Source: an uncultured Spirochaetia bacterium (GTDB taxonomy: Bacteria; Spirochaetota; UBA6919; CAYPZJ01). From it: DNA of 44,255 nt. Positions 37,262-44,255 of this stretch are shown in pieces. The position numbers and the translations under genes are program-made. The notes below the pieces were generated by a model. It was not told the origin of the DNA. It did not search any database and saw only the letters and a program-made list of their open reading frames with translations. Numbering within the stretch: the stretch's first letter is position 1; the number at the start of each line of letters is the position of its first letter. The DNA lies in assembly GCA_964414635.1 (NCBI GenBank), contig CAYPZJ010000001.1:1-44255 (forward strand), in the 5' to 3' direction.

Positions 37262-39151
37262 TTAGGAGTGGTACCAAGTATCTAGCCACCATTCAAATAC
37301 AAAAAGAGTCCAAAGTTGTTTGCGGTTATCTTGAACTCCGTTGAAGTGATCCTGAAGCAGCTGTGTAATTTGGGTCGCATTAAAAAATCCTTCCCGCTTT
37401 ATTTTTTCAGGTGCAAAGATATCTTGTACCATTTCTTTTAAATCGGATCGAAACCAATGTGCGATGGGAATTCCGAACCCTTTTTTAGGGCGATTCAATA
37501 TTACACGGGGCAGCTTCGATTCTAACACCTTTTTCATAAGATACTTACCTTGGTTTATATGAAATTTATACTTACACGGCAAGGTTTGTGCTAGGTGTGC
37601 CATCTCTACATCTAAAAATGGAGTACGGGCTTCCAGTGATACCGCCATGGAAGCACGATCGACTTTTACTAGGATATCATCATGCAAATACATTTTCACA
37701 TAAAAATAGGATAACCGATCCAATGGTTTCAAATTTGTAGCGTTATGATGAAACCCAATTACTTCCTCATACAATCGATCGGCATCTAGAACCTCCGGAA
37801 TCTGTAATACCTGATGCAGATCCGCTTCCATAAATGCACCTAACCATACTTGTTCTCGATACGAAGCAGGTACATGAGAACCACGGAGGAACTGCTTTAT
37901 TAGAAAGTCAAGGCTAAGGTTACGCATATTAACAGGCAATTTCTTCGCAAGCGGGTGGATCACATTTGAGTGTAGAAAGGAAGGGAGGATGTGGTAAATT
38001 CGATTCAGCTGATTAGCAAAGAACGTAGGATAACCCATAAATAACTCATCGCCGCCGTCCCCTCCTAATGCTACCGTAACATGTTCTCGTGTAAATTTGG
38101 ACAGAAGATAGGTTGGAATGATCGAAGCATCGGCAAAGGGTTCATCTAAAAAAGAAAAAACATAGGGAAGCATATCTTTCAAGGCATCGGAATGTAGGAT
38201 TTGTTCGTGATGATCGGTCCCAAAATGATCTGCAACGATTCGGGCGTAGTTGGATTCATCAAAGCTCCGGTCTTCAAATCCAATTGAGAACGTTTTGATT
38301 TTATGAGGATCAATCAAATCTGCCATGTACGCTACTACCGAGGAGGAATCAATCCCACCACTAAGAAAAACACCCAATGGAACATCGCTAATTAGCCGTC
38401 TTCGTACACTTTCCCGAAAAATATGGTCAAACCGCTCCTTCCATTCTTCTTCTGTGGCAGTGTTCCCATATGAAGGCTGGAGATTATAATCCCAATAGGT
38501 ATGCTTTTTAAGAGTTCTATTTTCAAATAGTAAAAAATGTCCTGCTTCCAGTTTATGAATTCCTTTAAAAATGGAATGGGGGGTTGGAACATATTCATGG
38601 GTTAAATATTTTTGAAGGCTAGGTAGATCAATTTCTAAAGGTAGATCCGGAATAGCTCGAAACGCTTTTAATTCGGAGGCAAATATTAATGTATCCTTCC
38701 AGAATGTATAATACACAGGTTTCTTGCCAAATCGGTCCCGGGCAATAAATAATCGCTGCTTTTGTGTGTCCCATAAAGCAAATGCAAACATCCCGTTCAT
38801 ATGTTGTAAGCAATCCACGCCATATTCTTCATACAAATGCACCACCGTTTCCACATCCGTTTGGGTATAAAAACGATGGCGTTTCCCTGCCAGAGCATCT
38901 CGTAATTCTGGGAAATTGTATATCTCACCATTTAGTACGATCGCAATGTTCTTTTTTTCGTTAAAAATAGGTTGATGCCCTGTTTCCAAATCTATAATAC
39001 TTAATCTTCTGAAACCTAATCCTACGCCGGGGGTTACAACATACCCTTCGTCGTCGGGTCCACGATGGGTAATGGTTTGCGCCATATTTTTCAGCACTTG
39101 GTACGGATCAAAGAAAGGGGGTTGTCCAGCAAATCCAACTATTCCACACAT
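37262..39151 (-). CDS. asnB: Asparagine synthase (glutamine-hydrolysing) family amidotransferase
   Basis: An N-terminal nucleophile 'MCGIVGF', the GATase-2 core 'RGPDDEG...RRLSIIDL..GHQP' and the synthetase PP-loop 'GVFLSGGIDSS'. It is 629 aa long. Confidence 0.9.
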   Translation of the reverse strand: MCGIVGFAGQPPFFDPYQVLKNMAQTITHRGPDDEGYVVTPGVGLGFRRLSIIDLETGHQPIFNEKKNIAIVLNGEIYNFPELRDALAGKRHRFYTQTDVETVVHLYEEYGVDCLQHMNGMFAFALWDTQKQRLFIARDRFGKKPVYYTFWKDTLIFASELKAFRAIPDLPLEIDLPSLQKYLTHEYVPTPHSIFKGIHKLEAGHFLLFENRTLKKHTYWDYNLQPSYGNTATEEEWKERFDHIFRESVRRRLISDVPLGVFLSGGIDSSSVVAYMADLIDPHKIKTFSIGFEDRSFDESNYARIVADHFGTDHHEQILHSDALKDMLPYVFSFLDEPFADASIIPTYLLSKFTREHVTVALGGDGGDELFMGYPTFFANQLNRIYHILPSFLHSNVIHPLAKKLPVNMRNLSLDFLIKQFLRGSHVPASYREQVWLGAFMEADLHQVLQIPEVLDADRLYEEVIGFHHNATNLKPLDRLSYFYVKMYLHDDILVKVDRASMAVSLEARTPFLDVEMAHLAQTLPCKYKFHINQGKYLMKKVLESKLPRVILNRPKKGFGIPIAHWFRSDLKEMVQDIFAPEKIKREGFFNATQITQLLQDHFNGVQDNRKQLWTLFVFEWWLDTWYHS

Positions 39152-39873
39152 ATATCGGTTTGATTCAGTTCCTGTTCAGTGATTTGAAGATCTTCCGGGG
39201 TATCAATTTCCCATCCCCGTAAACCTTCTACGGGTAGAATAGTAATAGATTCTCCCATTTTTACAAGTTGATTCAGAATTTGCTCCACTGCCAGATTCAT
39301 TCCATCGGTTTGATGTCTTAAATGTTCGGCAGCACGCTTATAGGTTGCCAGATATTCCTCACCAATAGCAGACAATCCAATATAACCGCCATCATACGAT
39401 GTGGCTTGCTTTGAAAGATATGCCAATGTGCCCGAAGACGTTGCTATCCATTTCATATCGTCTGCCTGTAATGGATGTTGCGTATCTCCAAAAATCTGGA
39501 TGCTCCGAGGAGGATTGGGGATATACTCCAACAAAGTCCTAGGATAGATATGATCAGCATTGCATAGGAGAAAACTGGAATGAAGATGGGGGAGGGCACA
39601 CATTAAAGACGATAGATTTCCAGGCGTTTGTTGTGGATTACGAAGTAATACCAAAGGTGGATATCGGTTTTCTTGAGACTGAAGGAATTCTTTTAATAGG
39701 CGGAAGCCATATCCTCCAACCACGATAATCGATTCTGGATTGAGCTGAGAAATAAAATCTAGCGTGTACTGTATTAAAGGACGATTTAGCACGGGTAGGA
39801 GCGCTTTGGGTTGCTTCTCAGCAGCTGCTCCTAGGCGTGAACCCTTTCCTGCTGCCAGAATACACACCTGCAT
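39139..39873 (-). CDS. Sugar-phosphate nucleotidyltransferase family protein
   Basis: N-terminal 'MQVCILAAGKGSRLG....PKALLPV..RPLIQY' is the NTP-transferase signature. Its 3' end overlaps the asnB start by 13 nt. Confidence 0.8.
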   Translation of the reverse strand: MQVCILAAGKGSRLGAAAEKQPKALLPVLNRPLIQYTLDFISQLNPESIIVVGGYGFRLLKEFLQSQENRYPPLVLLRNPQQTPGNLSSLMCALPHLHSSFLLCNADHIYPRTLLEYIPNPPRSIQIFGDTQHPLQADDMKWIATSSGTLAYLSKQATSYDGGYIGLSAIGEEYLATYKRAAEHLRHQTDGMNLAVEQILNQLVKMGESITILPVEGLRGWEIDTPEDLQITEQELNQTDICVE

Positions 39874-39878
39874 AGGGA

Positions 39879-40589
39879 TTATTGCTTTTTCACAATGCGT
39901 GCTTCTTCGATACCAGGCACATTCACCCGGTCAATTAAATCCAAAACTGCTTTAACTGCTTCCCGTGCAGAATTGTATGTAGCATCGGATTCAATTTGAT
40001 ATACTGTTTTCCCGCTTGAAAAGATCACAGACTTTACTTGCGTTGGAAAGCCTCGATATGTGAGGTAATCACTGGTGTCTTGTGCTGTGGTTTCATTATT
40101 ATGGGTTGCGATTCGGATAACATAGGGACCTGTTCTAGGTATGGGATGCTCTGCCATATACACATCGACAGGATTTGTTGTTCGCTGGGGTGTAGATGAA
40201 ACCGTACGCGCTGATGTGTCATCCTCTTCAAATTGAGGTTGGGGGGGGATTGGAGGAACCGCTGCTGGATTCGATGGTTGCTGATTGGGTTTTTCATCCA
40301 AGGGTATTGTAACCGAATGTCGTCGGGAATGATTATCTCCATACGATTGATTAGGGATCCTTTCCGTAGGTGAAGCAGGGGTATAGCCTGGGGGAGGAGA
40401 TTGGTATTGATCTTGTTTTGTATCTTCTCCAGATCCGCTCCCTGCAAGAATACCAAGGAAGAATACGGTGGTAAGTAAAAATAAAAACGTCCCAGCAACG
40501 ATCATGGCTCGTGAATTGGTTAGCTGGATAACCAATACTTCCTTTTGTCTGGTACGGGGGGCTTGATGGGTTGGGTTCTGTGGTTTCAT
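39879..40589 (-). CDS. Bitopic membrane protein with Pro-rich linker and C-terminal SPOR-like domain
   Basis: One TM (MIVAGTFLFLLTTVFFLGILAG) and a Pro/Gln-rich spacer. The C-terminal ~80 aa, 'YVIRIATHNNETTAQDTSDYLTYRGFPTQVKSV..SGKTVYQIESDATYNSAREAVKAV', fit the SPOR beta-alpha-beta-beta pattern. Confidence 0.6.
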   Translation of the reverse strand: MKPQNPTHQAPRTRQKEVLVIQLTNSRAMIVAGTFLFLLTTVFFLGILAGSGSGEDTKQDQYQSPPPGYTPASPTERIPNQSYGDNHSRRHSVTIPLDEKPNQQPSNPAAVPPIPPQPQFEEDDTSARTVSSTPQRTTNPVDVYMAEHPIPRTGPYVIRIATHNNETTAQDTSDYLTYRGFPTQVKSVIFSSGKTVYQIESDATYNSAREAVKAVLDLIDRVNVPGIEEARIVKKQ

Positions 40590-40633
40590 AGGATGCCGTC
40601 CCTTTTTACATTCATCCCACAGATTCCAAGCGT

Positions 40634-42118
40634 TTAGAATCCATGGTTGGATTTTAATGTCTGGATCAGCGGAATCACCTGGTTGGTTAGGTCGTCGAGT
40701 GATCCGACATTTTCAATGTGGGTATCGGCATTTTTTTGAATAAGCTGACTAAAATTTTGTTGCGCTTGGAGAATACCATCAATTTCTTCAGGGGATCGAT
40801 GATCCCGATTAACTCCCCGTTCCCGTGCAACCTCTAATGGTACGGTAACACCAATTATGTGATCACACAATCGATCCAACCCAATAGTAAATAACAATGC
40901 AGCATCAATGACTACGAGTTGAGAACCGATTTGTTTCAACTGCTGGGCAACGAGATTATACATAACCGGATGGAGAATTCGATTGAGTGTCTGAAGCGCC
41001 TGCGGATCAGAGAACACTCGTTTTCCCAATGCTTTGCGGTCAATCCGGCCGTATTCATTACATATAGCATCCCCAAATGTACCAATAATTTGACTTTTTT
41101 GCAGTTCCAACGCTTGATGACCTACTTCATCCACATCGATAGTTAGAAAATCATGTTCTACAAATAAGCGAGTTACGGTCGATTTTCCTGCTGCATACCC
41201 TCCAGTAATACCAACCACCAAATGGGATGTATTTGTAATCGAATTGGTTTTCAGTTGTTGCATAAAGATTCCTGAAACAATAAGGATCAATCCCACAAAA
41301 GTTGACCAATAAATGGGTTCTTCCAAAATAAAATGGATGAATACAAGCGATAGAAAGGGTGATAAAAAGATGAAATTGCTAATACGTGCTGTAGAACGAG
41401 TTAAACTCAATGCCTTTAACCAGAATATAAACGTGATTCCCATTTCAAATACACCAACATAAATCGAACCGATTAGTCCCTCCCAGGAAGGGATCATAAA
41501 TCCTTCAATAAAGGGAATACTCAATGCAATTAGTAGGAAACCAATCAAAAAACTAAGAAACAGCTTTGCTACTTCCCCCCGTTTATCTCGAACGCTTAAA
41601 AGCCAAAAAACCGCCCAGATAAACGCACTTGCCAATGCGAGCAATACACCAATAATATCAACCGTGTGAAGTGCATAAAACGACCCTTTCGTCGAAATAA
41701 AAAACACACCTGTAAAACTCAATAATAATGCAAGCAAGCTAGGGAGTGTCATCCGTTGTTTGAGAATGGGAATAGCAAGCACAGCAAGCACAATGGGCCA
41801 AATCATATTTATAGGTTGGGCTTGTTGAGCATCCAATCTATCATATGCATTAAAGAGTATCAAATAATATAAAAAGGGGTTTAAAAACCCTAATAATAAT
41901 GTCATACCCCATTGTCGAGGACTTAGGTGAAATACCGTGTGTATTTGTTTCCGATAAACCAAGACCCCTCCAGTAATCAGGACGGAAATTAGGGACGAAA
42001 TTAATAACAGCTGGTATACGGATATATATGCTAATGTAAGTTTAAATGCAGTTGCAACCGTGGACCAAATCAATACCGCGGAAAGTGCATACAGAAGGGC
42101 TTTGCGCTCATGATGCAT
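40634..42118 (-). CDS. coaE: Fusion protein: EamA/DMT-type 10-TM permease (N-terminal) + dephospho-CoA kinase (C-terminal)
   Basis: Residues ~1-290 form multiple TM helices of EamA type. A single ORF then continues into 'VVGITGGYAAGKSTV' (P-loop, ~41180-41220), 'IDVDEVGH', 'LNRILHPVM', 'VVIDAALLF' and 'D.IIGVTVP.EVARERGVNRD', which is the CoaE pattern. Confidence 0.85.
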   Translation of the reverse strand: MHHERKALLYALSAVLIWSTVATAFKLTLAYISVYQLLLISSLISVLITGGVLVYRKQIHTVFHLSPRQWGMTLLLGFLNPFLYYLILFNAYDRLDAQQAQPINMIWPIVLAVLAIPILKQRMTLPSLLALLLSFTGVFFISTKGSFYALHTVDIIGVLLALASAFIWAVFWLLSVRDKRGEVAKLFLSFLIGFLLIALSIPFIEGFMIPSWEGLIGSIYVGVFEMGITFIFWLKALSLTRSTARISNFIFLSPFLSLVFIHFILEEPIYWSTFVGLILIVSGIFMQQLKTNSITNTSHLVVGITGGYAAGKSTVTRLFVEHDFLTIDVDEVGHQALELQKSQIIGTFGDAICNEYGRIDRKALGKRVFSDPQALQTLNRILHPVMYNLVAQQLKQIGSQLVVIDAALLFTIGLDRLCDHIIGVTVPLEVARERGVNRDHRSPEEIDGILQAQQNFSQLIQKNADTHIENVGSLDDLTNQVIPLIQTLKSNHGF

Positions 42119-42121
42119 AGT

Positions 42122-43837
42122 TTACCACCATACCCATTCTTCATCGTTGATTGAAAAAATGCGTTCATCACCCGCTCCCCCTTCTTCAACCATCCAATAC
42201 AACCATCCCGCTTTCAATTCGGATAATTCTACCCCATATTGTTCCTGATCTTCAATCCAATGCGCTTCAGAAATGGTAATGGTTCGTATAATTTCCCATC
42301 CTTGATTCCACCGGTATAAACGATAGCACCGTCCTTTTTTCAACGGTTTATTTAACGCATATTCCCCTCGAAAATCAACGGAACGAATTACTAGTGATGT
42401 TAATGGATTGGTTGTTTTATTATCTGATCCACCGGTATCTCCATTAAACCAGTACATCTGCCCGGTACGATCCAAGTGAAATGGACTTCGAATTGGGTTG
42501 CCGCCTTGAAAAGGATTTGATGGATGGAACGCTCGTATGGCTTGGATTAAATAGACCAATCCGGTTCCAACTTTATTAAAACATATATGGTGCATTGTTT
42601 CTGTTATATATTGAGCGCTGACAGGTTGCCAGGTTCCATTGTTAAATACTGTTAGTAGTAGCATATCTCCTTGGGATAGGGGATTATTTAGTGTGACACA
42701 TATACGTGTCGTATGCGTATACTCGGATGTAACATCCAAATAATGAAGAAATCGAAGTTGACGCGGTAAGGGGGTTGCTAATACTGCTTTAATTAAGCTT
42801 GGAGGAAGATGCGTGTGGAAGGTCTTTCGATAAACTTTAGGGATAAGTTTGGGTAAAAAGGGCGGATCCATGCTACCATCACAACCCATGAATGCTTGGG
42901 TTCCACCAGATGGGAATAGAATCACATTCCATGCATGATTGTTTCCAGCATGTCCCCAAAATGGTACGTAATCACTCGTTGCAGCAATACCAACTGAGCG
43001 TAAGGCATAGGTAGCAAAATTAGTCATATCTTCACACCGTCCTGCCTTTCGTTCAAGCATCTGAGTAAACGATTGATCGGTTGGATGAAAGTGATATCCT
43101 GGATCGAATATGAATATACGCGATATTGCCTGATTGATTACCTGTGCAACGTCCTGGATTTTATGATATGGAAATGGAGGAGTTATATACGAGTGAAATC
43201 GATCCATAAAAAAGTGTCGCCAGGAATCAACGGGTTCCTGACTCACCCGGTAAGGAAGAATATAATCTAAAAAAATTGCCCATGAATAAGCACTCGCCCA
43301 AGGAACCGTATGCCGAACTTCCAACGCCAGATGAATCGTATCGACTAGTTCGCTAAGGGAGACCGTATTCACATCCCGCTCAATCTTGGATCGGGCAAAT
43401 CGAATCGCTCCGTATTCTTCTTGCATTGCATTCCACAACGCTTGAATTGATTCGGTATCCAAATAGGGATCAAATGGGTGAGGCAACCGTTCCCCTGTTT
43501 CACTCACGACATGATAGTATTCAGTATAATGATATCGTACCTGCGTTAACAGGAAGACAAATGCTTCCTGGAACTCGACTGACTGGGTTTGTACGTTGCT
43601 ATTCCACACTTGAATCAGCTGATTCGGTGTGGGATACCAGGTGCCAATTTCTGTTAATGCTTCGGGTAAAAGCGAAGTAGCAGATGATTCGGACTCATGT
43701 AATGCTGCCGAAGGGGTTGGTCTCTTAGTGGATGAACCACAAGATAGGATTAGAATTCCAAAAACCATACCCAGCATAACGCCAACCCGAAGAAAATGGG
43801 TTCGCGGAATTCTAGCATTAATTCTGAGCCGTTGCAT
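42122..43837 (-). CDS. Transglutaminase-like (Cys-His-Asp core) lipoprotein
   Basis: Lipobox 'ILILSC'. The core 'GRCEDMTNFATYALRSVGIAATSDYVPFWGHAGNNHAWNVILF' matches a transglutaminase-like cysteine protease fold. It is the first gene of a tightly packed operon, with a 3-nt gap to the next gene. Confidence 0.8.
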   Translation of the reverse strand: MQRLRINARIPRTHFLRVGVMLGMVFGILILSCGSSTKRPTPSAALHESESSATSLLPEALTEIGTWYPTPNQLIQVWNSNVQTQSVEFQEAFVFLLTQVRYHYTEYYHVVSETGERLPHPFDPYLDTESIQALWNAMQEEYGAIRFARSKIERDVNTVSLSELVDTIHLALEVRHTVPWASAYSWAIFLDYILPYRVSQEPVDSWRHFFMDRFHSYITPPFPYHKIQDVAQVINQAISRIFIFDPGYHFHPTDQSFTQMLERKAGRCEDMTNFATYALRSVGIAATSDYVPFWGHAGNNHAWNVILFPSGGTQAFMGCDGSMDPPFLPKLIPKVYRKTFHTHLPPSLIKAVLATPLPRQLRFLHYLDVTSEYTHTTRICVTLNNPLSQGDMLLLTVFNNGTWQPVSAQYITETMHHICFNKVGTGLVYLIQAIRAFHPSNPFQGGNPIRSPFHLDRTGQMYWFNGDTGGSDNKTTNPLTSLVIRSVDFRGEYALNKPLKKGRCYRLYRWNQGWEIIRTITISEAHWIEDQEQYGVELSELKAGWLYWMVEEGGAGDERIFSINDEEWVWW

Positions 43838-44255
43838 TCTAGGGAAAGGTAGCGTATTCGAGAGCGCTTGTCAAGTTCTTCCTTTGTGTGGGTGGGAGTT
43901 TAAAAAGAAGACTATTTCAGCTAATTCTCTATACCGATGAATGAATTCATCGGCTATTCTCGCAAAACCAACCTTTGTCGATTAAATATACCAAGGCGAC
44001 GTAGATCTCCTAGGGGTTGATAGTCATGTGTTTTAACACTCGTCGTACCCGGAAACGAAAAACTGGACAGCCAGCCAAGGGTACAATTGAGCACAGATTC
44101 TGTAATTAAAAAGATAACAACCCTTTGGTTTTCCAGCATAACATATCCCTAACTCAAAAGGAAATTATTTTTTCACTTTTTCCACCACTTTGGGTTATAT
44201 GAATTAGATTATTGGAATGGTAATCCGCTTTCCGAATTTCAGAAATTCTTTCACG

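Noticed and set aside
40034-40498. 154-aa same-strand alternative-frame ORF inside the SPOR-protein gene
   Set aside because: It lies wholly within the 236-aa ORF, which has a TM segment and a SPOR-like domain. The alternative frame has no recognisable features and no SD.
43954-44255. 61-aa minus-strand ORF (43954-44139), and an open frame entering from the right edge (44154-44255, ending ...GGKSEKIISF-stop)
   Set aside because: Only 33 codons of the edge frame are visible, and the 61-aa ORF has no recognisable motif. This is not enough evidence to call either one, though a real gene end at the edge cannot be excluded.

Overview
44.3-kb chromosomal segment from a moderately AT-rich diderm bacterium. 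It uses Shine-Dalgarno sites and has a sigma70-like TTGACG-17-TATATT promoter, many lipobox signal peptides and an outer-membrane barrel ending in Phe. I cannot assign the lineage from sequence alone. I call 27 protein genes and 2 tRNAs. I found no rRNA, CRISPR array, transposase, integrase or phage genes. Layout, left to right: (1) a secreted Ig-like/beta-helix protein converging on a Bat-like MoxR-DUF58-VWA operon (2.5-7.8 kb); (2) tRNA-Thr, ispE, a 4-domain cyclic-nucleotide-binding protein, tRNA-Leu, a PAS hybrid histidine kinase and yggS (8.1-15.3 kb); (3) two paralogous lipoproteins and a divergent secreted protein (15.6-18.8 kb); (4) a six-gene, entirely exported cluster at 18.9-27.7 kb, containing a PLD(2xHKD)-lamin-tail-domain (LTD) fusion, a catalytically dead PLD paralog, a stand-alone LTD lipoprotein, a large OM beta-barrel, an FN3-tailed lipoprotein and an Ig-decorated endonuclease I; (5) ilvE; (6) a 2576-aa surface protein with 8 tandem ~88-aa repeats, a beta-helix and a LamG domain; (7) an envelope operon of transglutaminase-like lipoprotein, EamA-CoaE fusion, SPOR protein, nucleotidyltransferase and AsnB. 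The best candidate for an undescribed system is cluster (4), which I read as an extracellular DNA/necromass capture, degradation and import locus. All functions are inferred from motifs read by eye; no database search was possible.
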